Virus record (IMG/VR): IMGVR_UViG_3300046665_000361
Coordinates: 1-64,000 of that record
Reading direction: 5' to 3' (one strand)
Source of the DNA: a virus
DNA length: 64,000 nt
Shown: positions 8,536-18,700 of the stretch, in pieces
Position numbering within the stretch: position 1 is the stretch's first letter
Layout of the letters: every line of letters starts with the position of its first letter
Program-made: the position numbers and the translations under genes
The notes under the pieces: model-generated
Database searches by the model: none
The model's input: the letters and a program-made list of their open reading frames with translations, nothing else
Told to the model about the DNA's origin: nothing

Positions 8536-9273
8536 ATGAATGCTAAACGAAAGAAAGTGACGGCATTCATCCTCGAGCAGATCGCTAAGTTCATCCCAGG
8601 AGACGACACTAACGTGAAACTCCTGGGTGATAAGCTAAACGCCATGTCTGATCCCGAGTTTGAGTCTTATCTCAAAAAGCTCAAACCGGTGAAGACAGAT
8701 GAGGATCTGAAGAATCGGGAGTTCCTGCCGTTCTATCTGCCAAACCTCTCCGGCAAACGTATCTCCATCGCCCGTAACTACCAGATCGTCAGAGACCTTG
8801 GCAAGAGCCTTGCGCATCGTCTCGTCATGACTGACCCGGTGACGGGTGATCGTTATGTCACACCTCACGAATACCCGGTGTATGACTTGCCGGTACGTCG
8901 TCAGGCACAGACGGTTGTCAAGAAACGTTCTATCCCTGAACACAACCAGCGGATTGACGACTTGACCGAACAACCTACCAGCGATTCGAAAGGTAGTCGT
9001 ATTTCGAGTCCTGAAGGTGTGGCACTTCTCTCTCGTGGTCTTGATAACACCATGATGGAGTTCGCCAAAGTACGGGGCGGGGATGGTGCAGCTTATCGAG
9101 AGTTTACTCGACTGCTGATTGAGAACGGAGAAGTCAGCATGGCTGACCTCATGAATCTCGGTATCGCCAAGTCAACGCTGACGGCTGCAACGTACTTCAA
9201 TTGCATGCATATCGGCAACAACCTCAACCCCGCTACTCAGGTGCCTGATGATGCTCGAAAAGGTCCAGTATAA
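8536..9273 (+). CDS. Virion RNA polymerase beta C-terminal subunit (phiKZ gp149-like)
   Basis: IDDLTEQPTSDSKGSRISSPE...KVRGGD parallels the RpoB C-terminal TQQP.GG.R.GEME...KSDD region; synteny after uvsX. Confidence 0.8.
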   Translation: MNAKRKKVTAFILEQIAKFIPGDDTNVKLLGDKLNAMSDPEFESYLKKLKPVKTDEDLKNREFLPFYLPNLSGKRISIARNYQIVRDLGKSLAHRLVMTDPVTGDRYVTPHEYPVYDLPVRRQAQTVVKKRSIPEHNQRIDDLTEQPTSDSKGSRISSPEGVALLSRGLDNTMMEFAKVRGGDGAAYREFTRLLIENGEVSMADLMNLGIAKSTLTAATYFNCMHIGNNLNPATQVPDDARKGPV

Positions 9274-9808
9274 CGCTGATCTGATTGTACTGGCGGAGCA
9301 AGTATTGCTTCGTCAGGCGGTCACTCAAGAACGCGCACTACAGTGCATGAATCTGGCATTCGCTGCTCGGTTCCGCATTAACTGGCGTGCGGTTCTCACC
9401 AGCGTCGAATCCGTTGGAAGGCTGTGGGATACTCTTCGGGAATTTGATATCGATTATGATCAATTGATGTCGATGACTGATGAGTTCATGTTCCGCACCA
9501 GTTCTCTCAACATCTTCACGAACAGTCCGCACAATAGCAACACGGTGCTTCTCGACATCGTTCGTTCTTTGACCTGGACGAGTTCGTCTAAATCAATTCC
9601 TCCGGAGGTGGTTAGTTTCACCGGCAAGGAAGAACAGTATTTGACGGCGCTCAGGACTAACGCCTGGGTCGTGTTCATGTACCTGGTCTACATGTCGGAC
9701 GGGACTGGACACCTCGCGAAAGCGTATCCTGCCATCGCTGCGGGTATCAAACGCAGCCCAGTTGAGAAGGATGCTGAAAATGAGGCAACGGGCGTTAGTA
9801 AGCCTTGA
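9248..9808 (+). CDS. Conserved hypothetical protein
   Basis: 186-aa ORF overlapping both neighbours in an operon. Confidence 0.7.
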   Translation: MMLEKVQYNADLIVLAEQVLLRQAVTQERALQCMNLAFAARFRINWRAVLTSVESVGRLWDTLREFDIDYDQLMSMTDEFMFRTSSLNIFTNSPHNSNTVLLDIVRSLTWTSSSKSIPPEVVSFTGKEEQYLTALRTNAWVVFMYLVYMSDGTGHLAKAYPAIAAGIKRSPVEKDAENEATGVSKP

Positions 9809-10592
9809 CATGCTGCTTGACACCAGATACGGCACAATGTCCCTCATCGACAGCATAGCTGCCGATGAGGTCATCAGGTTGAAAGCTTACCGCATGCGGT
9901 ACGTGGACAACTTCGAGATCTTGTCAAAGGGCCGTATCCCAACCGCGATGTACGAAGAGTTGTACAAGAATCGCAATGGCGACAACTTGTTCTTCGCACG
10001 CTTCACTGACTTCATCTATTTCCTGAAGAAGGATTTCGAAGAAGCATCGATGAAGTTTATCGATCGTGGTGTGAACAACCTCAAGTTAGGTCTCGACATC
10101 AATCTCTGGCCGTACGATGACTTGACCGCTCAGGAGCGCACATGGATCGTCCGGTCTATTCGCTACCATATGCCCCCTAACGTTGATGTTGAGACGGTCT
10201 ACGTGACGCCTGAACAATTGACGCCTGGGTATGTCGATGCAACGTACGACATGATGGCATGGTACGACCACGAAGAATGGTTGGCACCACATTGGACCAT
10301 GGAAGAAGGCAGGCCTGGAGCACTACAGCTCAAGCCGATCCCTAACCTCGTGCTGGTCACACCGACCATTGCATCGAGCGGCGTCATCCCTGAGGCAACC
10401 TCGGAGATCCAGGACCCTTTCGGGGCGAGGAGTGCAGTGTTCGTGAGACATGTGGCGCTGACATACGTGCCGTCGTTCTATGCCTCACACAACCCGGCTA
10501 TTCCTCTTCACGTATATAGTTCGCGACAGAAAGAACCTGTTCCCCCTGAGCATCCTCCCCAGGACGGAGCTCAACCGGTATCACCGGTCTGA
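9780..10592 (+). CDS. Conserved hypothetical protein (phiKZ gp147-like)
   Basis: Start placed at ATG 9780 (GAAGGA upstream); N-terminal LVSLDMLLDTRYG and DINLWPY motifs typical of this family. Confidence 0.65.
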   Translation: MRQRALVSLDMLLDTRYGTMSLIDSIAADEVIRLKAYRMRYVDNFEILSKGRIPTAMYEELYKNRNGDNLFFARFTDFIYFLKKDFEEASMKFIDRGVNNLKLGLDINLWPYDDLTAQERTWIVRSIRYHMPPNVDVETVYVTPEQLTPGYVDATYDMMAWYDHEEWLAPHWTMEEGRPGALQLKPIPNLVLVTPTIASSGVIPEATSEIQDPFGARSAVFVRHVALTYVPSFYASHNPAIPLHVYSSRQKEPVPPEHPPQDGAQPVSPV

Positions 10593-10983
10593 CTGCTGGC
10601 AGCGGACTGGTGGTGCGAGGTCTGACAGTAGCTTGGTTCTCTTCTGTGATGGCGTAGGGGTCGCCACCCATTTCCTTACGGATAGCGTTGGCGATCTCTA
10701 CCATCTTCCGGCCATCGTTAGCCACCTTATCCTCGATGTTGAGTTTACGGGTGGTTAATGCAGCCGCATCCATGTCGCGCAGGATCTGCAATGCATCGCC
10801 AAGGTTACCTTGCAAGTTGGTGCCGTGGTCGGTTACCTGATTGAAGGCAAGTTTACGCATCCGCTGACCGAACTTTACGACTTGCTCTGGTTCGAGTTCA
10901 GCGTCAGTGATGTCTTCAGCCACTTTACGGGAGTGGGGAAGATATTCCTGCTCGAGCTCTTTGTCATCTACGTAGTCACCCAT
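10498..10983 (-). CDS. Hypothetical protein
   Basis: 161-aa ORF with GGGAG SD; LRDMDAAAL..RKL motif; 3' end overlaps the convergent gene. Confidence 0.7.
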   Translation of the reverse strand: MGDYVDDKELEQEYLPHSRKVAEDITDAELEPEQVVKFGQRMRKLAFNQVTDHGTNLQGNLGDALQILRDMDAAALTTRKLNIEDKVANDGRKMVEIANAIRKEMGGDPYAITEENQATVRPRTTSPLPAVRPVIPVELRPGEDAQGEQVLSVANYIREEE

Positions 10984-11024
10984 TACTACTCTCCCTAACG
11001 CATGCCCTCCTAAGGAGGGGTTTT

Positions 11025-11537
11025 ATGTTCAAACGATTGATTAAATGGCTAAAAGAGTTCTACGGGATTGGAGTTCAACCGGAAGAACCATTGCCTGAAG
11101 ATGTGTGGGATCTACTGTTCGTTTTATCAGAACAGGTCTCCGCTAAGAAATTCGCTGGGTTAGACATCACCCACTTTGACATCATTGTTCATACATACAG
11201 TCCCCACATCAAGGACTTGTGTAAACGCCTTGAGATGATGATCAAATGCATCAAGACCGATCAGACAGCTCCTCTGTGGTGGGAAGAGCGCGATGCAATG
11301 AAGCTGTACGATTGCTTGCCTGATTTCCTGTTCGAAGATGTTGTAGGATACTGGACGCCTGCTAAAACAGCGAGCGTGCTAACCGAGAAGGTCATAGTCA
11401 TACATGATCTAATTGAGCAGCTATCCATCAATCCGAAGCATAGCTATTATTTTTACATGAGAAAGGAGTTCTACCAAATAGTAAGTGACGCTGTTGAAAT
11501 CCTCACCCGTTTGAATCAGATAGGAACCGACAAGTAA
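11025..11537 (+). CDS. Hypothetical protein
   Basis: 170-aa ORF, TAAGGAGG SD. Confidence 0.8.
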   Translation: MFKRLIKWLKEFYGIGVQPEEPLPEDVWDLLFVLSEQVSAKKFAGLDITHFDIIVHTYSPHIKDLCKRLEMMIKCIKTDQTAPLWWEERDAMKLYDCLPDFLFEDVVGYWTPAKTASVLTEKVIVIHDLIEQLSINPKHSYYFYMRKEFYQIVSDAVEILTRLNQIGTDK

Positions 11538-11601
11538 CTCCATCCTCTTCGCCGAACCATCAGACCCACTGTAAGTTCGGACACATTTAGGATATTTCCG
11601 C

Positions 11602-12099
11602 ATGGCGATGCACAAGAAAGCAGGTCGTAGAAAGAGCATCAGCACTTGGCGAGAAATCATGCAAGCCAGTGATAAACAGGCAGATGCCACTTCCCACGAG
11701 TTGGCTAAACTGTTTCGTGACATCATGGCAACGCACGGTATCTCTATCACCAAGTTCGATAACCTGGCCGATCGATATTACCGAAAGGTCCATACCAATC
11801 GAAAAGGTGTGTGTGATCTGGTCAAGGTCAGTCAGGAGAAAAGTAACCTGACGCGAGCTCTGGCTTCAGACAGTATACCGTGGTTCAGATTTGTGACCAT
11901 GGTGCGGCTGTTAGGGCCAAGGAGTTATACGTTTACACTGACGATGGAAGATGCGGTTGGCCGCAAACATCACCACACAGTGCAGACGATGAACCGGTTT
12001 GTTCTCGCACCAGTACCTGAGGAAGAGGATGAGCCTCAGGAGGAAGAAGTACCTGAAGAACAGATGTCTCTTAACTTCGACAACGAGGACGGTAAATGA
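11602..12099 (+). CDS. Conserved hypothetical protein, basic N-terminus and acidic tail
   Basis: 165-aa ORF; LAKLFRDI and EKSNLTRAL..IPWFRF motifs recalled from phiKZ-like core proteins. Confidence 0.7.
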   Translation: MAMHKKAGRRKSISTWREIMQASDKQADATSHELAKLFRDIMATHGISITKFDNLADRYYRKVHTNRKGVCDLVKVSQEKSNLTRALASDSIPWFRFVTMVRLLGPRSYTFTLTMEDAVGRKHHHTVQTMNRFVLAPVPEEEDEPQEEEVPEEQMSLNFDNEDGK

Positions 12100-12554
12100 T
12101 TAACCTACCTAATCCTGCCGATGATGGTGAGCAACACATCAACTGCTGGACCCAAGCCAAAACCCGTCTCGGTCGGTTAGCTACCAATCTATCCGATCTA
12201 CGTACACGTCATCCAGACTACGGATTGTTCCGTTGCGCTGAAGGTCTGTACTACTACCTCAAGACAGGGATGCGGCACGAGGACCTGCGGGCGATGGATG
12301 GTTTCTCTGCCAAGAACTTTGGTAGCGCTCAAGAGATCAAATGGAATAACAATCTCTGGGCAGAAATGAAAGTCGGTATCCGCAACAAGATCGAAGACAG
12401 CGAGGAGTTGCGTGAACTCGTTGTCGAATCCTCGTTGCCGTTCGAACACTATTACGTCTATCATGGACGAGTAGTGGTCCCCCGCGGATCTGATAAGTTC
12501 ATTCAGGTCCTTGAAGAAATTCGCAGTGAAATGTTTGCCGAGAGCAAGCGTTAG
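12096..12554 (+). CDS. NADAR-like protein
   Basis: LATNL, FRCAEGLYYYLK, AKNFG, W, and MKVGIRNKIEDSEELRELV match the NADAR pattern LSNF / F.S.E..YQ..K / AK..G / W / M.....AKF.QN..L..LL. Confidence 0.55.
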   Translation: MINLPNPADDGEQHINCWTQAKTRLGRLATNLSDLRTRHPDYGLFRCAEGLYYYLKTGMRHEDLRAMDGFSAKNFGSAQEIKWNNNLWAEMKVGIRNKIEDSEELRELVVESSLPFEHYYVYHGRVVVPRGSDKFIQVLEEIRSEMFAESKR

Positions 12555-12559
12555 TGTTT

Positions 12560-12599
12560 GGGAGGCTTCGGCCTCCCTACACCCCCTCTTCTTTTTTTT
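12560..12599 (+). terminator. Hairpin terminator with displaced U-tract
   Basis: GGGAGGC-TTCG-GCCTCCC, 14-nt spacer ending in TTC, then T8. Confidence 0.75.
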
Positions 12600-12634
12600 G
12601 TCCATGATGTGTATTGAGATTATTGGTGTAGATT

Positions 12635-13660
12635 ATGTCCAGCACACTTGCCAGTACCGTCTTCCAAGGCAACTCTAAAAACGCGATGATTGTTGAAGAC
12701 GCGTACAAGTTGTCTAACGTTGAAAACAAGAACAGCATTTACGATACCGGTAAGGGTATCTTCGCTGACGCCATCACTGGCATGAAGAACAACACGGGGT
12801 CTGTGAGAGACCTCGCTCAGCTGGTCATGCAATCGAAGACTGGTACTGTTGATAAGACCGACATGCTCAACCGAGCCCTGAGTGCCATGGGGAGCAGCTT
12901 ACCCAGCCTCCTTGGTCAGCTTGGGGGTTCGTTGCTTACGCAGGTCCAGTCAGCTGCTGGGACCCTTATCGGCGATGATGCGGCTAAGGGCGTTGGCATT
13001 CTGTACAAGAATGCCGAATTACTGGTCGGCGTGGCCGATGCGAACAGTACTGAGGACCTGATCAAGTTCATCAACGCTCTCGCAGGTAATGATGAGTTAG
13101 CCAAGTTCGTCAACATCGAAGCCGAGTCTGCGGTTATTGGTGCTGCCGCTTCGATGCTTCTGAAGTACGATATTCCTGAGCTGGTTGATGATGTCATCGC
13201 ACAGTCTCAGTCGGATGCTGTAAAACAGAACGCTTACGCTTATCTGTCGAGTGAGGCAGTAAAGGGTTCCAACCTCGCCCTGATCAGCAAAAGCATCGAC
13301 ATGATCGGTCTTGCTGCATTCATTCAGAATAACCCAGATGCTATCAATCAGATCCTCGGTTCATTCTTTCTGGGTACAGCTGATACTGTTGACACATATC
13401 CTGCCAAACGGGCTGAGTTGTTTGCACTGTTGGTCAAGATCAATCCTTACTGGGATCAGGTGTTGGTAAACGGTACTTACATGCAGAGCCTGTCTCCGTA
13501 CATTGCATCATCTGCTGATGCGAAGAAGTTGTTCCTGTACGAAGAGAACGGATCGTTGTCGCATTACGGTATCATGACGTTGGCTTCTAAAGGCTTCCAG
13601 CCGCGGGATGTAACTGGGGTTATCAAAGACCTCTACCCTAACGCGTACATTCCAGCCTAA
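12635..13660 (+). CDS. Virion structural protein (phiKZ gp174-like)
   Basis: 341-aa ORF; N-terminal LASTVFQG...DAY and L.KINPYW motifs; convergent on the tail-tip gene pair. Confidence 0.6.
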   Translation: MSSTLASTVFQGNSKNAMIVEDAYKLSNVENKNSIYDTGKGIFADAITGMKNNTGSVRDLAQLVMQSKTGTVDKTDMLNRALSAMGSSLPSLLGQLGGSLLTQVQSAAGTLIGDDAAKGVGILYKNAELLVGVADANSTEDLIKFINALAGNDELAKFVNIEAESAVIGAAASMLLKYDIPELVDDVIAQSQSDAVKQNAYAYLSSEAVKGSNLALISKSIDMIGLAAFIQNNPDAINQILGSFFLGTADTVDTYPAKRAELFALLVKINPYWDQVLVNGTYMQSLSPYIASSADAKKLFLYEENGSLSHYGIMTLASKGFQPRDVTGVIKDLYPNAYIPA

Positions 13661-13663
13661 CAG

Positions 13664-13693
13664 CATACAGCGGGGCGAAAGCCCCGCTGTATG
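13664..13693. terminator. Bidirectional hairpin, identical to 48155-48184
   Basis: CATACAGCGGGGC-GAAA-GCCCCGCTGTATG between convergent genes; no U-tract. Confidence 0.75.
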
Positions 13694-13699
13694 TCATAT

Positions 13700-15676
13700 C
13701 TACGATCTGTCTGTCGGGTTAGAGATAGCTTTGATCAACTCACCCGGCATCGAACTCATCAGACCACTGGCAATCCGGTAAGGAGATTTCCACTGGTTGA
13801 ATTCAGCACGAGTACGAGCCATCGCCAACTGCCAACGACGAGTACCGTTGATGAGAACATCAAGAGGCAGGCTACCCAATGTAGCCATGTAGTCGGTCCA
13901 CTTGTTATCTTCACCATAGGTCGATTGAGTCAATGCGTTAGCTACGGTAATACCAGCCTCGCCTTGACCTACAGCGCCACCAAGAGCGTTAGCTGCCAGA
14001 GTAAACACACCGGCAGTGTCACTGATACCTGGGTTGATTGGCACTGACATGATCGTTGACAGATCGACGATGGTGATGTTGATGTCAATACCGAGAGGCT
14101 TACCGCCTTGCGCCCAACCCACATCTCCCACACCACGTTCGATAGAGATGGATTCAATCATCCCTTCACGAATCAGGGTGTGGCCTTGGTTGATGACTTC
14201 CAGCAGGAATGGTCCATCGTAACTGGAACGACCCGTTGCACGAGGCAGGCCCATTGCAAGCCAGCCGCCCAGAGGAATGAACAGGTTCTGCAAACGAACC
14301 CAATCATCAGCTGCCCAAGACCTCAGGTGGATAGTGAACGATGTACGGTTCAGATCAGCAGAAGACGATTCGTACACTTTCTGAATATCAGCAAATGCGT
14401 TACCGGCTACTGCGATGAAGCCTTCCACCTGTGCTGCCGACAACACACCTTTAGCCACGTCAGCAACTGCGTTGACAACCGTACCGATCACACCAGACAA
14501 GTTACCATCGGCAAGGTTGAAGCGAGCCATCCTTGCCTTAGCCGACATGTTGTTGATTTCAGATTGGATCGACGACTGCGTAGCACTGTTGTTGAAGCTG
14601 TCGGAGTTGCTTGGTGTGAAGTTAACCCGATACGAGATAAACTCAGCACCCATCCGTGCTTCAGCTTTCGCCTGTTCGAAGAACTTAGAGATGAACCCTT
14701 GTTCAGTCGAGTCGGTATCTGCCGCGGTAGGTTTGCTTGGATCGTATTTACCGCCAAAGGCGAGATAAGCTTCTTCGTATTCAGCAAGGCTGGCGCCTGG
14801 ATCTTTCAGACCCCTGATGCCGTTCTCGATACCTTCAGTTAACAGACGTTCGAAGTCTTCTGCTCGTTTGGCAGGATCGTTCGTCATGGTATCCAAAGCA
14901 GCGTCGAGCGACTTGTGATACCGGTTGGCATACCGCTGGGCCTTTGTAGCCACGGCAAAGAAGTCAATACCTGAACCATCAGGCAATACCAGATCAGGGA
15001 AGATCCGTGCCATCTGAGACATGTCCGTCTTATCAGGAACACTGAGCGGGTCGAAGAAGCGCCGCTGCTGGTCCGTAACAAAACGAGGACTCAGACCAAG
15101 GTTCACGAAGATAGCGTTGACGTAACTTGAGTAAGCGCGCCAGAACGGATACATCGTTGGCTTGAGGAAGTAGTACTTCGACCGAGGCATCCCCGTAAAG
15201 AACTTGAGGATCTGGCCACCGAGAATAAACGGCTGGAACGGAAGCGTACCAATCGTACCTGCAACTTTACCTACGTCAAACCAGATAGACGGTGCACGGC
15301 CTGTACGAGCCATGGAGCCGGCGTAAACGTTGTAGAAGTTACCAAAGAAGGTAGTCATCTCGTTGAACTGAGGGACGCCACACCGAATGTGAACGACCTG
15401 CTGATTGTCATCGAGGACTTCACTCCACCACCTGCCGACACCGTAAGAGCTGGCAAAGATGGGTTTGTGTTTCAAATCCGCAGTCGCTGTGAACTGAGGA
15501 AAGGGATTCATGACGAAATGTCCACCGAGGCTTGTGTCGATGAACTTTCGAGAAGAAGTCGTGTAGTAGCGACGACGGTTGTTGGTGGCATCCGTCAACG
15601 AACTAGCAGGTGCGAGAAACGCATGTCCTGCCCAAGACTTGTCGAGCAGATATTGTCTAGCCATCGTAACTCCCAC
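13700..15676 (-). CDS. Tail tip/baseplate hub structural protein (phiKZ gp182-like)
   Basis: 658 aa; KFIDTSLGG..MNPFPQFT..AD, KYYFLKPTM..W and GMIESISIERG motifs; directly downstream of the giant lysin gene. Confidence 0.7.
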   Translation of the reverse strand: MGVTMARQYLLDKSWAGHAFLAPASSLTDATNNRRRYYTTSSRKFIDTSLGGHFVMNPFPQFTATADLKHKPIFASSYGVGRWWSEVLDDNQQVVHIRCGVPQFNEMTTFFGNFYNVYAGSMARTGRAPSIWFDVGKVAGTIGTLPFQPFILGGQILKFFTGMPRSKYYFLKPTMYPFWRAYSSYVNAIFVNLGLSPRFVTDQQRRFFDPLSVPDKTDMSQMARIFPDLVLPDGSGIDFFAVATKAQRYANRYHKSLDAALDTMTNDPAKRAEDFERLLTEGIENGIRGLKDPGASLAEYEEAYLAFGGKYDPSKPTAADTDSTEQGFISKFFEQAKAEARMGAEFISYRVNFTPSNSDSFNNSATQSSIQSEINNMSAKARMARFNLADGNLSGVIGTVVNAVADVAKGVLSAAQVEGFIAVAGNAFADIQKVYESSSADLNRTSFTIHLRSWAADDWVRLQNLFIPLGGWLAMGLPRATGRSSYDGPFLLEVINQGHTLIREGMIESISIERGVGDVGWAQGGKPLGIDINITIVDLSTIMSVPINPGISDTAGVFTLAANALGGAVGQGEAGITVANALTQSTYGEDNKWTDYMATLGSLPLDVLINGTRRWQLAMARTRAEFNQWKSPYRIASGLMSSMPGELIKAISNPTDRS

Positions 15677-15717
15677 AAACTAAAAAGAGAAGGGGCACCG
15701 TGAGGTGCCCCGACAGG

Positions 15718-18700
15718 TTACGTGACAGCATCTGGCCTGTGAACCGTCAGCGGGTTACGCGGAGCTGGTTCCGACCGGGTTACCATCGGCTGAGCTTTCT
15801 GACCATCGGAGTTAGAACCACTGCCCCGAGTAACAATAGCATCGATCTTCCCGGCGATCTCTTTCAGATAATCGCGAGATTCTGTCGCTATGGTCAGATA
15901 CTTCTGGAACACATCGCCCAGCTCGTTGGCAGAGGACTGACGTTCCAGTTGACCACGACTCTGAGAAGCCGCCGCTGCCGCATTACTTGGAGAGATCGCA
16001 GGTGCTTGAGGCGGAATCACCCCAGCATCGCCCACATCAATCGGAGCATTAGACGGCGCGTTAGGCGCAACTGGTGTAGCAGGAGCGGCAGTAGGTGCTG
16101 GAGTGTACGATGCAGGAGCCGTTGTACCTGCCCCAAGGTTAGCAGCATCCTTAGGAGCATTAGCGGACGCCGTAGCATCTGCGGCACTAACTGCTGCGCC
16201 AGCGGTTGTGGCAGTACTGGCTGGAGTATCGGCATTATCGCTGCCCGGCATTGCGCCGAACTTACTACCGCCCGCACCACTGTTAGTGGCAGCAGGATCA
16301 GCAGCGCGATCCGATACGCTAGTAGCACTGCCCGATGGCGGCAGACCCGCTTTCTTGAGACCGATGTTCATCCGGCGCTGCATATCCGCAAGAACTTCGG
16401 CCACTGTGCGAGTGCGACCTTTCTCCATGAACACCGACGGGTTGTTGCGGAAAGATAGCGGTTCAACGTACTGACTAGAAGGTGCACCTGGAGGAGCCGA
16501 CAAGAAACGCTTAGCCCCGCCCAGACCCAAGAAGTGGGCCATGTACAGTTGCAGGTCAGTGATGTCACCGCCCAATGATTTCTGCAAGCCCTCGTAGTTT
16601 TCCTTGAGGTAGCAGATACCGAGAATGGCGTTAGCCCTTGCATCGGTTCGAGGTGTATTCGGCGAGATACCGTACGTAGGACCGTACTTGGTCAGCATGT
16701 CTTTCCAAGTCCCTTTAACGAACTGGAACAAACCTGCCGCCGTACCGTTATCCACGTTCGGATCAAACGCTGATTCCACACCTGCTACTTGCAGAGCGAT
16801 CTTCGGATCAAAACCCACCATCTTAGCCGCGGATTCGATCAATGGACCCATCGTACCAACGCCCTTACCGTGTGCATCTGGTAAGGTATTGATGTCACCG
16901 CCCGTACCGCCGCCCGGATGCTCGACTTTGGTTCCGTTAGGAGCCGTCATCAGCATCGATCCAGTACCTGAGCCCGTGGTGCTCTGCCCAGTCATCCCGC
17001 CTGCTACTGCACCGCCGCCATAGATCTTCCCGTAGTTAGCCAGGGTAGGTCCGGTCTTACCGATGTTATTCTGATTACCGTTAGCCGTGGTGTTACCCAA
17101 TGCAACGTTGGTCAGTCGGTTACCGAACTCTGTGTTCTTGGAGTCAGTACGAGCCTGAGTCTCCATCCCTGCTACGTTCAGTACTTTGGTAGTGTCGCCA
17201 GAGTCGATACTGTCCAGGTACATCTTGACAGAACCCGGCATGGTTTCAAGCTCAACGCCTGGCCAAGGAGAGTTGACGATAGACCAGACCGACACCGTAC
17301 CAAACATCGTAGGTGCTTTAGCCGAGGTGGTTTCGTTCAACACTTCTTTCAACAACGGACCAGTGAGGTTCTTTGGCGCATCCTTGGCGTTACCATTGAA
17401 CCTGCGGCGACACGAGATTGCGTATTGCAGCAGCACCGGGATGAAACGGTTCTCCATCCAACGAATCACTTCGCTGTGAGCCACATCTCCGGAAGGCTTG
17501 AAGATATCCATCATCTTCGCTTGCAACTCGTCGGTATTACCGTTGATCACGGCTTTATCCGTGCCGCTGTACTGGATACGATCCCAGTAGATTTCTTCAG
17601 CGGCTTGCAATTGCTGACACTTATCGAGTTTCAACTCTTTCAAACCGTACGTCTTGTAACGCACCGCTGTCGGGATGTCCAAACTCTGAAGCTGCAAGTT
17701 TTGTCGAGTTGCCGCAGTTGCTGCAAACGATCCGGCACCGCCCAGTAACGCAGGCGCTACCTTGATCCCTTTCGCAATATCGTCAGGCGATGCACCTTTC
17801 GCAGAGACCGTAACAGTAGTCGCCGCAGCGACAGCTGCCGCATCACCCAGTTTGGCAGCGTTAGTTGCAAGCGTCTCGGCATTGTCCTTCTTCGTCTCCC
17901 GACGGTCACGGACCATTTTGACGGCATCGAGCACATCCCCAGAATCGCAATCTAGCTTACTATCGAACGGCGACAAGGATCTGTCGTCATAGACCGCTTT
18001 CATGTTAGGGATGTCGACGGTAGTCAGGAAGGTATCGATCTCAGAATCACCGATTCCAGTATCGGCCGATGACAGATCGGTATTGCCCCTGATCTTGTTC
18101 ATCGCAGCACAGTGCGCAATGTAGACCGGACGGAAACGTCGAGCGATCCAACCAAGGAGCTTGTTAAGCGCTTCCTGATCATCAGCCTTGAAGATCTTCA
18201 TGAAAGCACTCATGTCGATACCGTTAGGGTTCATCTCGCCAGTTCCGTCTGGCTTGATAGTTACGGCCCCCTTACACAGCCCTTCGAGCTGAATAACTTT
18301 CTCGACACGTTCTTGGTTGGTAGGACTCACCCCGTACTGCGTCATACGCAGATAGAGCAATGGCCATTTCTTAGCCTCGGACGATTTATACCAACGATAC
18401 CCTAGATAAGCGATACCGGCGACCGCTGCAACCCCAAGAACTACCGGGAGCGACAACGCGCCTACAATCGCACTACCTGCCGCAGCGGCACCAGAGATCA
18501 GTGCCCCACCTGCTGTAGCCAAGCCAGACAACGCCATGGAGCCGACTGCCAATGCCCCACGTCCAATCAGTCCAGCACCTGGGATCTTGCCGAGGACACC
18601 GCCTACTTTCTTGACGCCGTTCCACAGACCACCGGCCATGCGCCGAATACGGCCAGGACCACGTCTCCCGCCACGCCTGCCATGACGTCCACCGCCTTTG

